Below, one piece after another: positions 39,385 to 49,248 of a stretch of DNA of 64,000 nucleotides; the first letter of the stretch is position 1; the number at the start of each line of letters is the position of its first letter. Origin of the DNA: Leptospiraceae bacterium (GTDB lineage Bacteria; Spirochaetota; Leptospiria; Leptospirales; Leptospiraceae). Below the pieces are notes generated by a model. The model worked only from the letters and a program-made list of their open reading frames with translations. It ran no database searches and was not told the DNA's origin. The translations under genes were made by a program, and so were the position numbers. Where the stretch lies: the NCBI GenBank assembly GCA_024233835.1, contig JACKPC010000001.1, positions 1,605,442 to 1,669,441 on the forward strand, read 5' to 3'.

Positions 39385-39816
39385 TTAGGCGAGGCGCATT
39401 ACAATGTTTAAAAGTCTGTAATTCTGATTGACTCTTTCGGCCATCATGCTATAAGCCATTTGATTTTCTGCTGCGGTAACCACTTCTTTCTCGATGTCAA
39501 CATTGTTACCATCGGCTCTCATAGTGGTTAAATAATCGATCTGAACTTTGGGTTTTACATCCTTATAGTTCAGGGGTTTGAAGAAATCCATATGCTTTTC
39601 GTTAGTTATTTTGGTTGGAACGGCTTTTTCGGCTTCCACTTTCTCAGAATCAAGGGCCCTCTGGAGATTGGCTTCAAAGGACACATCACTTCTTTTGAAA
39701 TGAGGAACGTCTGCATTGGCAATATTGTCCGAAATAACTTTTCTTCTTACCATGGCATTGTTCATGCCTCTTTGAAGAAGATCCTGTGTTTTCATAAAAT
39801 ATGTATCTTCAAACAT
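39385..39816 (-). CDS. flgB: flagellar basal-body rod protein FlgB
   Basis: RRKVISDNIANADVPHFKRSDV rod N-terminal motif. Order flgB-flgC-fliE. Confidence 0.85.
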   Translation of the reverse strand: MFEDTYFMKTQDLLQRGMNNAMVRRKVISDNIANADVPHFKRSDVSFEANLQRALDSEKVEAEKAVPTKITNEKHMDFFKPLNYKDVKPKVQIDYLTTMRADGNNVDIEKEVVTAAENQMAYSMMAERVNQNYRLLNIVMRLA

Positions 39817-39845
39817 AGCTTTTCCCTATACCGTTATATCGGCGA

Positions 39846-39853
39846 TTTTATAA
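39846..39853 (-). promoter_or_regulatory. sigma-28 (FliA)-like -10 element GCCGATAT upstream of flgB
   Basis: Minus-strand GCCGATAT (7/8 match to GCCGATAA) ~30 nt upstream of the flgB ATG. No good TAAA -35 at the canonical 15-nt spacing. Confidence 0.25.
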
Positions 39854-39874
39854 AAATCAAAAGTTTTTTTTCCT

Positions 39875-40111
39875 TCAAGGATTTTTTAAAGAGCCACCGA
39901 CCGGTTTTTTAAGTTCTCGAAAAAAATAAACCATAACCAATAACCAGGCGGAAAAAATGCCCCACCAGAGGTAGGTTAACCATTCCGAGCCGGCTGCCAG
40001 AAAAAGACAGACGAGGCTTGCGGTTGCGAGGATAAAATGGATCAGTGTTTTAGCTACGCTTTTTTGTCTCATAATAGCAGATGAGACTACAACTTTTTTT
40101 GAATTAGTCAA
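39875..40111 (-). CDS. small hypothetical membrane protein
   Basis: 78-aa ORF with two hydrophobic helices, upstream of flgB. Confidence 0.3.
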   Translation of the reverse strand: MTNSKKVVVSSAIMRQKSVAKTLIHFILATASLVCLFLAAGSEWLTYLWWGIFSAWLLVMVYFFRELKKPVGGSLKNP

Positions 40112-40165
40112 TATTTTATTTACAAATTCGCATAACGGCAGATTTTTTTTAATTCCGGTTTACAT

Positions 40166-40456
40166 TCATTTATCCTCTCCTAAAATATCACGTATTCTGT
40201 CTCGTTTTTTGATTTCTTTAAATTCTGTTTTGTCCGGGTTTCTCTTTTCTCTTCTTACAGAAAGAAAATTGTAGATAAGGGTCAGAAAAGCTAAAATGGC
40301 TGTGGAAATCAGGATAAACGCAGTAAAATTTTCTGCCTTTTGTTCAGAGACGATTCTATTCTCTCCACTTTGGGAACTTAAAAATTTTATAATAAAGAAG
40401 AATAAGCCGCCGAGTGCCAAAATTCTTTGAACTTTTGTATCAAAAATTTTTTTCAT
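40166..40456 (-). CDS. small hypothetical membrane protein
   Basis: 96-aa ORF with two hydrophobic helices and a basic C-terminus. Confidence 0.3.
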   Translation of the reverse strand: MKKIFDTKVQRILALGGLFFFIIKFLSSQSGENRIVSEQKAENFTAFILISTAILAFLTLIYNFLSVRREKRNPDKTEFKEIKKRDRIRDILGEDK

Positions 40457-40781
40457 TTATCATGTAAAAGTTAGACTTATACTATAACAGGTATTTTATG
40501 TCCGGTCAAAGAAAAGAGCAAGTATAATTTTTTTAATAAGGTTTCATAGAGTTTTTTATACAGGAGAATGATTTGGAGGTTCGCTGAGTATTTCTTCTGT
40601 TGCTACATTTTTAATCTTTTCGAAAAAAATAAAGAAGGTAAATTTATATTTGAAGAGCCGGAAGTTATTGAGGGTATTACTATATACTCATACTTTATCT
40701 GGTATGATGAAGATTATTTTTGAAATAATAGACCTGTAATTGTAAGTTAGATTACTAATGCCTTTATCGAGGAGTATCTTT

Positions 40782-41243
40782 TCACCAGTATTCGATTTGC
40801 CGCAGAGCCTCAAAAGCTACGATAGCTACGGCATTACTCAGGTTTAAACTTCTTACTTCTCCGGGCATAGGAAGATAAATCTTATTTGTTTCATCAATTG
40901 CCTCGTGTATTTCTTTCGGAACTCCGGAGGTTTCATTTCCAAAGAAGAGTATGTCCCCTTCCTTATATTCGGGCTTTGTATAAAGCGTCTTTCCAAATTT
41001 GGAAACCAAATATAGCACGGAAGCTTTCGGCAAGCTATTCCGAAACTCTTCAAAACTTTCGTGGGTAAAAAGTTTTAGGTGTTTCCAGTAATCCAGCCCC
41101 GCCCTTCGAACGGCTTTCTCGGAAAGATCAAAAGCCGGTTTACCTACAATATGCAGGGGGAGATTTGCCCCCACACAGAGCCTGGCAATATTCCCTGTAT
41201 TCGGAGGAATCTCAGGCCGGTAAAGGGCAATATGTAGTTTCAT
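40782..41243 (-). CDS. trmL: tRNA (cytidine/uridine-2'-O)-methyltransferase TrmL (SPOUT)
   Basis: PNTGNIARLC and SLNLSNAVAIV motifs of SpoU/TrmL. ~150 aa. Confidence 0.8.
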   Translation of the reverse strand: MKLHIALYRPEIPPNTGNIARLCVGANLPLHIVGKPAFDLSEKAVRRAGLDYWKHLKLFTHESFEEFRNSLPKASVLYLVSKFGKTLYTKPEYKEGDILFFGNETSGVPKEIHEAIDETNKIYLPMPGEVRSLNLSNAVAIVAFEALRQIEYW

Positions 41244-42415
41244 TTTTTTGGTTTGGACTTATCGAGAGACTTTTGCAGGAGGAGTCCGAAACTGCTCATT
41301 GAGCCGGAGCTTTCTTGCTTATTTAGATAATCCTGGTATTCCATTTTTTCTTTAGCTTCTTTTGCCCTATGAATAGAGGCCGAAATTTGCCGTTTTTCCG
41401 GGTTTACTTCCATGATAAAAACATCCAGCTCATCTCCTTTATTGAAGTGAGCGGCGAGCGGAGTTCTGGAATCAAACCCACTTTCCTTATTGGGTACCAG
41501 GGCATGAAAGTTTTCATTCAGACGGATAAAAATTCCAAAAGGTTTTATGGATTCTACCCTTGCCTTTACAATATCTCCTTCTTTAAAGGGAACCGAGCTG
41601 GCCCAGGGGTCTTTCAAGGAGTCCTTAATGCTTAAGGAAATCTTGTTTGTCTCCCAATCCAAAGATAAAATTTTACCTCTCAGGTTTTGTCCTACCTGGA
41701 ATTCCTTTTCTAAATCTACTTTGGGTTTAAAGCTGGCTTCACTTGTAGGGACCAGGGCATCCAGACCATTCATGTCTACTATGAGACCGAATTTATGGAT
41801 AGACTTTACTCGACAGCTAACGAAATGCCCCACCTCAAGTTCTTCTCGTAACATTTCTCTTTTTAGTTCTTTGGCTCGGTCAGAGATACGTTTTTGTGAG
41901 AAAATCAGGCGGTTATTTTTTTTCTGAATTTCATTCACTATGAATTTATGATAAGAAGACAGAAGCTCAGCCCCTTTCAGTTCCTGTGAAACCTGGGAAT
42001 GAGGACAGAATCCGGTAAATTCTCCGATTTTCACCTCAAAACCCCCATTGATTTCAGCTTTAAACTGGGCCCATACCGGGATTTCATTTTCTGCGGCCAA
42101 TTCTAATAAATCCCAGTTCACTTCTTCTTCTGCAATGCAGGAAGTGAAGTAGTAATCTCCGTGAGATTCCCGTAAAAAAAAGACATTCAGACTGTCTCCG
42201 AGTTCGGGTCTTTTTGAATCATGAATAAACTCAAGAGAACTAACAATTCCTGCGAGATTTTCTCCTTCGATATTAATAAAAATATATTCATCTTTAATTG
42301 AACTGACTTTCGCAGTGTAAGGTGCACCCGGTTCAATAGCTTTACGCTTTTTGAAACTTTCATCCAGTAATTTCTCAAAATACTGCTTTCTTTTATCTTC
42401 CATATATGGCCTCAA
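41240..42415 (-). CDS. S1 RNA-binding domain protein (multi-S1, RpsA-like but short)
   Basis: Four S1-like repeats (G..V.G.V..I..FG.F) along 391 aa. 4-nt overlaps with both neighbours. Confidence 0.65.
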   Translation of the reverse strand: MRPYMEDKRKQYFEKLLDESFKKRKAIEPGAPYTAKVSSIKDEYIFINIEGENLAGIVSSLEFIHDSKRPELGDSLNVFFLRESHGDYYFTSCIAEEEVNWDLLELAAENEIPVWAQFKAEINGGFEVKIGEFTGFCPHSQVSQELKGAELLSSYHKFIVNEIQKKNNRLIFSQKRISDRAKELKREMLREELEVGHFVSCRVKSIHKFGLIVDMNGLDALVPTSEASFKPKVDLEKEFQVGQNLRGKILSLDWETNKISLSIKDSLKDPWASSVPFKEGDIVKARVESIKPFGIFIRLNENFHALVPNKESGFDSRTPLAAHFNKGDELDVFIMEVNPEKRQISASIHRAKEAKEKMEYQDYLNKQESSGSMSSFGLLLQKSLDKSKPKK

Positions 42416-43749
42416 CGATGACGGATTAAAATTTTCCCTTTTCTTATAACCTGTTTTACCCGAAAAATACTATCCGGATCTTCTAAAGGATTTGCATCAA
42501 GAAGAAGGAAACTGGCTTCTTCTCTAATCTGTATCCTGCCTTTATACTCCGTTTTCAGATAGGAACAGGTGTTTTTAGTGGGAATTCTCCAAAAATCCCT
42601 GCTATAACCCGTAAGACTGGCTATGTTTTTTAATTCCATGAGCCCTGCAATGCCGGGAAAAGCAAAAAAACCTCCAGAACCGCTGGATAATATCATGTTT
42701 TTTTGTAAGGATAAATTTTCCTCAAAAAAATTCCTGTAAGAGGTATATTCTTCTTTGGCCTTTTGTTCTTCTTCCGGATTCTGCTGAAGATAAGGTGTGA
42801 TAGAGGAGAGAGAAGGGTAGTAGTTTTTCTTGAAGAAGGGACTTTTTTTCTGCATATAGGAAAGCAGGTAATCTAAAGCGTCTTTATTTCCCCGGTTAGC
42901 GAGGATATAGTAAGAATAGAAATTAGGTGCATTATGAATATTTTGCAGCTTAAACTTTGAAGTCCTATTGAGAATACTTAAGGGGATGGGTCCGTGTATA
43001 TAGGATATACCGGAGCGAAGCGCATTCAGAATGGCAATCCTATCTCCAAAAGCATAGACGGAAAGAATCTTCCCGGCTCTTGAACTCATTTTTTGTGCCC
43101 TATAGAGCTCAATTCCCCCGGCCTGGAAATGAGAAGGAGAAGAAAATCTCTGAAATAGATGAACTCCCCCGCTATCGGAATGGATTTGTTTTTTTAACTC
43201 TGAGTAAAATGCCTTTTTTGTTTCGGCTCTGAAGTATAATTCTAAAGGAAGAGATTTCGTTTCTGAATTATGGGGAACAATAGGACGGGGAGCAATTTGA
43301 ATTTCCGGAGAAAGAATTTTGCCTTTTTCCGCAAGCCCCTGGATTTCTCGAATCCAGGGGCCATCAGCTACAGAAAGGATATGGGTAAAACCATGCTCTA
43401 AAAAGGAACGAAGGGCCGCATAGACCTCTCTTCTCCCGTTTTGTCCTCCGAGTCCGTCTGAGCCGAGGTTTACATAAGCGTCACAGAATGAGGGAAACAG
43501 GTACTGAGCTTTGTAATTCTTCCTGTTTTTTCGCTTTTCGGGGATATCCTGAAAAGAATGAATCTTTCCTGAACGGATGAATATATCCTGTGGTTCTGAA
43601 TACCGGAAATTCGAATCCGGAATATAGACATCCCGAATAGAAAGATCTCTCGGATACAGAGCTGCCGTGAATAAAAAAAATGTAAAAAATACTATTATTC
43701 TCATACCGAAATTACGGATTAAGGATTTCTTTTTGCTTATAAAAATCAA
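42412..43749 (-). CDS. amidohydrolase-family protein with degenerate metal-binding motif
   Basis: Signal-like N-terminus. N-terminal strand YLFPSFCDAYVNLG sits where amidohydrolases have the HxH motif. C-terminal LLDANPLEDPDSIFRVKQVIRKGKIL matches the amidohydrolase C-terminal barrel closure. Confidence 0.45.
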   Translation of the reverse strand: MIFISKKKSLIRNFGMRIIVFFTFFLFTAALYPRDLSIRDVYIPDSNFRYSEPQDIFIRSGKIHSFQDIPEKRKNRKNYKAQYLFPSFCDAYVNLGSDGLGGQNGRREVYAALRSFLEHGFTHILSVADGPWIREIQGLAEKGKILSPEIQIAPRPIVPHNSETKSLPLELYFRAETKKAFYSELKKQIHSDSGGVHLFQRFSSPSHFQAGGIELYRAQKMSSRAGKILSVYAFGDRIAILNALRSGISYIHGPIPLSILNRTSKFKLQNIHNAPNFYSYYILANRGNKDALDYLLSYMQKKSPFFKKNYYPSLSSITPYLQQNPEEEQKAKEEYTSYRNFFEENLSLQKNMILSSGSGGFFAFPGIAGLMELKNIASLTGYSRDFWRIPTKNTCSYLKTEYKGRIQIREEASFLLLDANPLEDPDSIFRVKQVIRKGKILIRHR

Positions 43750-43975
43750 TTTATTAATATAAAAACCGGGATTGTTTTTTATTTCAGTCGAGCAATCGGT
43801 GAATGGCTTGCTTCCCGGAAAAAAAGGAGGGTTTGTATTTATTTTAATTTTAGTTGATTATTTTTACATTCATTTATTGCATCAAAATATATTATTAAAG
43901 CCGGGAGTGTTTTTTATCGCAGGTAAATCATCAGGGATTTGCTTGAATCCTAATAAAAAAACTGTGTAGTTAGAT

Positions 43976-45199
43976 GTGGCATTTTTAAAATTATTAAATA
44001 ATATAACCCTGTTAATTTCCCTGGTTCTTATTCATACCCTTATCTATAAGCGTTACCAGGAGCAAAGTCATATTTTTAAAATATTATCCGGTATTTTATT
44101 CGGAATTATTACCTGTATTGGAATGCATAATTCCTATCAATTTTCGAATGGAGTGATTTTTGACGGTAGAACCATTATTCTTAGCCTCGCTCCACTTTTT
44201 AGTGGGATTCAGGGTTCTCTTCTAAGTCTTGGCATTACAGTAGGATATAGATATTACCTCGGCGGAACCGGAGCCTTTACAGGGATGGTTGTTTCTGTTA
44301 CGGCAACGGTTTTAGGAATTTTACTTGTACTATTATTCCAAAAGAAAGAAAAAACCAGAAATCTATTTAGCCTGATTATTTTTGCTTATTTTGTAAATCT
44401 TGTTATGCTCTTTGAATTTTACATTACTTTTCCCAAAGAAATAGCTATTGTTATTGTAAAAACTCTAACCATTCCGGTTATCAGTATTTATCCTCTATCT
44501 ACGGTGCTTCTCTTCTATTCCCTTAGTTACCAGATACAAACTATAGGTTATGAAAAGATCATAGAAAATTCCCTGAAGGAAAAAGATCTGCTGATTAAAG
44601 AATTATATCATCGAACCAAGAATAATATGCAGATTATCATTTCCTGGCTTTCTTTGAAGAGTTTGCAGTTTGAAGAAAGTGAATTGCAGAATGAACTGAA
44701 AAAAATCGTGAATAAAATTTATTCCATGGCTATAGTTCACCAGATGCTCTATAGTTCCCAAAATTTTTCGAGAATCAACTTGATAACCTATGTAAATACT
44801 CTCGTTGAAAAAATAGATCTCAGTTATCCTGATGGGCAAATAAGCTTTCATAAAGAAATTCCTAATATTTCTATCAGCATTGACGCTGCCATTCCCATCG
44901 GTATTATCCTCAGTGAATTAATCGCTAACACTTATCAGCACGGATACGGTCAAAGCAATTGTGGTGACGTAAATATCATTTTTAAATTTTTAGGTAATGA
45001 TCAAATACTACTTACCTATGAAGAACTAAATAATATGACCTTTAAAAATTCCGGCAATACTTTACAGTTCGGTCTAGGTTTAACTACTATCCATAATATT
45101 TGCAAAACCCAATTAAATGGAACCTTTCAAATCGATACAGAAATGTTTTTCAAGGTAGAAATGTGTTTGAACTTACAGAGTAATAAAATCCGAATTTAA
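43976..45199 (+). CDS. membrane sensor histidine kinase (HisKA_2 type)
   Basis: Five or six N-terminal TM helices. H-box ELYHRTKNNMQII (HisKA_2/HWE-like HRxKNN). HATPase N-box ELIANTYQHGY and G-box. Confidence 0.7.
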   Translation: MAFLKLLNNITLLISLVLIHTLIYKRYQEQSHIFKILSGILFGIITCIGMHNSYQFSNGVIFDGRTIILSLAPLFSGIQGSLLSLGITVGYRYYLGGTGAFTGMVVSVTATVLGILLVLLFQKKEKTRNLFSLIIFAYFVNLVMLFEFYITFPKEIAIVIVKTLTIPVISIYPLSTVLLFYSLSYQIQTIGYEKIIENSLKEKDLLIKELYHRTKNNMQIIISWLSLKSLQFEESELQNELKKIVNKIYSMAIVHQMLYSSQNFSRINLITYVNTLVEKIDLSYPDGQISFHKEIPNISISIDAAIPIGIILSELIANTYQHGYGQSNCGDVNIIFKFLGNDQILLTYEELNNMTFKNSGNTLQFGLGLTTIHNICKTQLNGTFQIDTEMFFKVEMCLNLQSNKIRI

Positions 45200-45391
45200 G
45201 AAAATCTTACAAACCAAAGGATTTTCGGAGGGTGTGGGACTCGAACATCTTAAACAGAAACCATCTTCGGAAAAAAATTTCTTGCCAGTTCTTTGGCAGG
45301 AAATGAGATTAATCATAAAAAAAAGCTGCAACTTTTTTGTTATAGATCAAGGCAGAAAGAAGTTGCCAGAATATAAAAAAGGGGGATATAT

Positions 45392-46612
45392 ATGTCCGAA
45401 GATGATTACGAAGTAGGTGAAGAAGGTGGTTCCTATACGGAAACTACTACCGAGTCCTGGGGTGAAAGACTCATGGGATCGATTAAGAGTGTGGGAACAG
45501 GAGCACTCTTATTTATAGTTTCCTTTCCTGTATTATGGATGAACGAAGGCTGTGCGGTAAAAATAGCCAGAGGACTTTCGGAAGGTGCCGGAAACGTAGT
45601 AGCGGTAGATTCAAGTAAATTTGAGTCAGCGAATGAAGGGAAACTGGTGCACATGAGCGGTAAAGCAGAAACTTCCGAAATGTTAAAAGATGTTACATTC
45701 GGAATTTCCAAAAGTGCCATTAAACTGGTGCGTTCCGTAGAAATGTATCAATGGGTGGAAGAGAAATCTTCTAAATCAGAAAAACAATTAGGTGGAAAGA
45801 AAAAAACCGTCACTACCTATACGTACAAAAAAGAATGGTCTTCTACTCTGAAAGATTCTAAAAGCTTCCGGGTAAAAAAAGATACAAAGACAGGTGTTTA
45901 CCACACAAACCCGGCTTCTATGCCCTATACAGGCGAGACTTATGCCGCGAAAGAAGTCAAACTCGGTGCCTATGTTCTGAGTCCGGACCTGATTTCTAAA
46001 ATTGGTGGAAGCAAAAAAATCACCCTGACAGAAGCTGAGCTGAAAAACCTGCCTTTCTCTATTAAAGGTAGAGCGAAAATCCATCAGGGAGCGATTTATA
46101 TAGGTTCGGATCCGGCCAATCCTCAGGTGGGAGATACAAAAATTTCTTTTGAATACGTAGAACCAAAAGAAGTATCGATTGTGGCCCAACAGAAAGGAAA
46201 AAGTTTTGAGGCTTATAAAACTAAAACCGGAACCAGTATTCTCATGCTGAGCGAAGGCAAAAAAGCAGCCAAGGATATGTTCCAGGCTGCCCAGGAAGGC
46301 AACGCCATGAGAACCTGGATTATGAGACTGGTTGGTTTCTTGATGATGTTTTTTGGTCTTAAAATGGTTTTCGATCCTCTGGTTACTCTTGCCGATGTGG
46401 TTCCGTTTATCGGGAGTTTTCTCGATATTGGAATCGGTCTATTTGCCGGTTTATTCGCATTCGGATTATCTTTCCTTACGATTGCGATTGCCTGGATATT
46501 CTACAGACCGCTTCTGGGAATCGGACTTCTTATTCTGGCCGGTGCGGCTATCGGAGGTGCGTATTACCTTAAGGAGCAAAAAGCCAAAGAAAAGCAGGCA
46601 GCGCCTGCCTGA
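45392..46612 (+). CDS. hypothetical membrane protein (TM-soluble domain-polytopic C-terminus)
   Basis: N-terminal TM helix, ~250-aa soluble domain, four C-terminal hydrophobic helices. Strong RBS AAGGGGG. Confidence 0.5.
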   Translation: MSEDDYEVGEEGGSYTETTTESWGERLMGSIKSVGTGALLFIVSFPVLWMNEGCAVKIARGLSEGAGNVVAVDSSKFESANEGKLVHMSGKAETSEMLKDVTFGISKSAIKLVRSVEMYQWVEEKSSKSEKQLGGKKKTVTTYTYKKEWSSTLKDSKSFRVKKDTKTGVYHTNPASMPYTGETYAAKEVKLGAYVLSPDLISKIGGSKKITLTEAELKNLPFSIKGRAKIHQGAIYIGSDPANPQVGDTKISFEYVEPKEVSIVAQQKGKSFEAYKTKTGTSILMLSEGKKAAKDMFQAAQEGNAMRTWIMRLVGFLMMFFGLKMVFDPLVTLADVVPFIGSFLDIGIGLFAGLFAFGLSFLTIAIAWIFYRPLLGIGLLILAGAAIGGAYYLKEQKAKEKQAAPA

Positions 46613-46628
46613 TAAACTTTCTTTTTTC

Positions 46629-46653
46629 GGGGTGGGGTTCTCTCACCCCTTTT
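46629..46653 (+). terminator. rho-independent terminator
   Basis: GGGGTG-N9-CACCCC followed by TTTT, 17 nt after the stop of 45392..46612. Confidence 0.6.
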
Positions 46654-46847
46654 ACTAATGGACGCGTTACGCTTGTGGCTTCTGACAGACTGTGTGGAAA
46701 GTAATTTAAGCAATAAATTCTATTTAATATAATGCAGTTATAGACCAAATGAAATAAATTGATAACTCACCTTACGCAGTAGCCTGTGAGCGTAGCCGAA
46801 GGGCAGTAACCGGCTCTGTTAGCTGAAAAAAAGGGTCTGGTTTGCCT

Positions 46848-48965
46848 TTATGGATGAAAATGGAACTCTTCCGAGAGTTCATTCTTTAATTCCGGAGAAT
46901 GATTTTTATATTTCTTACAGTGTTTTAAGTATTTCACGGCCAGGATATCTTCCGGATTTTGTTTGAGAACTTCTTCAAATAGCTTTTCGGATTCTGCAAA
47001 ATTTTTATCAAAATATAATAAAACAGCTTTTTCAAACGATCCTCTGGTTTGAAGCTTTATGTGGATTACTTCTTCACTATCTCCATTGAATACATCAAAA
47101 ATATGAACTCTTTCTTTTTTTCCTTTTACTCTTACCTTTCCTAAATATCTGTATTGAAAATTTTGCGTTTTTTCTACTTTGTCCAGGGTTTCTTTCGTTA
47201 TAATAAGGGATGAATAGTAATAGCGGGTGAGTCCTTCTATACGAGACGCGAGATTTACCGCATCGGATATAACCGTTCCTTCCATTCTTTCTTTTTCTCC
47301 AATAGTGCCGAGCATGAGTCTTCCTGTATGGATTCCCATTCCAATTTGGATAGGAATATATCGGGGATATTTGATTCCTTTTTGATTGAAGCGATTTAAG
47401 CGTTTGAGGATTTTGATTCCGGCTTTTAGTGCATTATCTGGTTCTGTTGGAAAGATTGCCATTACAGCATCTCCTATATATTTATCTACAAACCCCCCCA
47501 TGTTTCGAATAATCGGAGCCACGATTTTTAAATAGCGGTTTATATAATCGAAGGTCTCTTTTGGGCTTAAGTTTTCTGATATTTGTGTAAAAGAACGGAT
47601 ATCTAAAAACAGGATAGTCATCTCTCCTTCTACCTGATCACCAAGGCGAATATTGGTAATATGACTGATGTTTAAAATTTTTAAGAACTCTGTAGGTACA
47701 AAATAGCTGTAGGCCTTATTCGTTCGATTTAAGTCTTCTGAAAGACTCTCCACTTTTCTAAAAGCATTGGAAAATTTCTGGGAAAGTAAAAAAGATTGAG
47801 AAAAGATAAAGATAAAAACTCCGAGCGGTACAATATTTCCGAAGGAAATTAACTCATTATTATAAAGTGTATCTATAACGACAGTTGCTCCGAAAGCTAA
47901 AAAACCTAAAAAAGCGGTTAATGAACCCTCTACTTTTTTAACGATCAGGGAGAACATTACAAACATGATATAAAAAGCATAAAGGAATATAACGATCTGG
48001 TAAGGAACTGCTGTGTGACTGTAATACACTCCGGTACTGATTAAACAAAACAGGATTAAAAGTCCGGCTAAAATTTTTGAAAGGTTTAAAGCTTTTTTTG
48101 AAATGTAACCGGCGAAAGCGAGATATACAAAATAAACGAAGAAGGGTAGACTAATATAAAAAGAAATGTATTCCAGTTTAAGCTGAACTTCAAAAGGAGC
48201 ATTTGGAAAAAGCTGTATGATATAACGTTCTCCTGTGATGAGTAAACGTAAAATAGCTGCAAAGCAAAACAGGGCAAAATACAGGGTAGAAGGTTCTTTC
48301 TTTCTTAAAACAAAAAGACCTACATGATAAAAAGTCATAATAAGAAGACTTCCGAATAAAAAAAGTTCAAATAAGATGGCTCGTTCCCTGACCTGTAAAA
48401 TATCTTCTGCTTTTCCTAAAAGAAGATCTGACCAGGTTCCCGCTTTACGATGGTGAAAATTGGAAATATGGATAACTATATCTAACTCTTCTCCCTGGTG
48501 GTGAAAAAGACGTGTTTGGGGTAACCACTGTGCCTTCATGTTTTCTTTGGTCTTGCCTATTTCGCCATTTTTGGCTATTAGCTTTCCATTTATCCAGAGA
48601 GAGTAAGCTGAATACATATCTCCAATTCGAATTCCGAAAACTTCTCCATCAGACACAAGCTTGACTTTTAGATGATAGGTGGCGTAGCCGGAGCCCGGTA
48701 ATTCTTTCCCCTCATAAATATATTCGTTCCAGAGGGCCGGAACCTGGATATAGTGTTTGGGTTCCGGTGGATTTTTTAAGAAGGTTTCAGGACTTATAAA
48801 TTCACCGTAATAGAACTCCCATTCACCGTAAAGTTGAATGGTTTTAGAGTTTTGTAAATCCGGTTCGCTTAAAACAAAAAGCCCTTTTGTAGCCTTTGAT
48901 GCAGCAGTAAGGAAGTTTACCGGTAAGCATAGTATTAAAAGTAAATAAATAAATCTATATTTCAA
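46848..48965 (-). CDS. 7TMR-DISM sensor class III adenylate/guanylate cyclase
   Basis: N-terminal 7TMR-DISM extracellular plus 7TM module paralogous to 4588..7002. CHD cyclase domain (ILFLDIRSFTQ ... GDAVMAIF ... GIHTGRLMLG). C-terminal TPR-like tail. Confidence 0.8.
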   Translation of the reverse strand: MKYRFIYLLLILCLPVNFLTAASKATKGLFVLSEPDLQNSKTIQLYGEWEFYYGEFISPETFLKNPPEPKHYIQVPALWNEYIYEGKELPGSGYATYHLKVKLVSDGEVFGIRIGDMYSAYSLWINGKLIAKNGEIGKTKENMKAQWLPQTRLFHHQGEELDIVIHISNFHHRKAGTWSDLLLGKAEDILQVRERAILFELFLFGSLLIMTFYHVGLFVLRKKEPSTLYFALFCFAAILRLLITGERYIIQLFPNAPFEVQLKLEYISFYISLPFFVYFVYLAFAGYISKKALNLSKILAGLLILFCLISTGVYYSHTAVPYQIVIFLYAFYIMFVMFSLIVKKVEGSLTAFLGFLAFGATVVIDTLYNNELISFGNIVPLGVFIFIFSQSFLLSQKFSNAFRKVESLSEDLNRTNKAYSYFVPTEFLKILNISHITNIRLGDQVEGEMTILFLDIRSFTQISENLSPKETFDYINRYLKIVAPIIRNMGGFVDKYIGDAVMAIFPTEPDNALKAGIKILKRLNRFNQKGIKYPRYIPIQIGMGIHTGRLMLGTIGEKERMEGTVISDAVNLASRIEGLTRYYYSSLIITKETLDKVEKTQNFQYRYLGKVRVKGKKERVHIFDVFNGDSEEVIHIKLQTRGSFEKAVLLYFDKNFAESEKLFEEVLKQNPEDILAVKYLKHCKKYKNHSPELKNELSEEFHFHP

Positions 48966-49128
48966 ACGCTATTTCCTGCGGAGAAGGAATGAATGTAGAA
49001 TGGGTTTCTTTTTATACTCTGGCAAGCGAAAAATCGGATATGAACCGGTTATATAAAAATATAATAGAAAAGGGAAGATTTTCATAAATTAAGCTTGACG
49101 AAAACAGCTAATAATAACATGCTGTCTT

Positions 49129-49248
49129 TGCCTGGTAGTTATGGAGAAGGGGAAATACCTGTTCCCATCCCGAACACAGAAGTCAAGCCCTTCATCGCCA
49201 ATGGTACTATGCGGTTCGCTGCATGGGAGAGTAGGACGCCGCCAGGCA
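49129..49248 (+). rRNA. rrf: 5S ribosomal RNA
   Basis: TGCCTGGTAG...CCCATCCCGAACACAGAAGTCAAGCCC...GGGAGAGTAGGACGCCGCCAGGCA. Loop C/helix III consensus CCGAACACAGAAGTYAAGC, and termini pair (TGCCTGG/CCAGGCA). No 16S or 23S nearby. Confidence 0.85.

Noticed and set aside
40568-40723. Unannotated 51-aa ORF (MIWRFAEYFFCCY...) in the 325-nt gap upstream of trmL operon end
   Set aside because: GGAG is only 1-2 nt from the ATG. Composition is hydrophobic and Cys-rich without motif. No supporting context, so probably non-coding.
43772-43969. 65-aa ORF in the divergent promoter region between 42412..43749 and the HisKA_2 kinase
   Set aside because: No RBS. Very AT-rich promoter-like sequence with T-tracts. 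More likely regulatory DNA.
45234-45416. 60-aa ORF upstream of and overlapping the start of 45392..46612
   Set aside because: Overlaps the strong RBS/start of the downstream gene in another frame. No motif.
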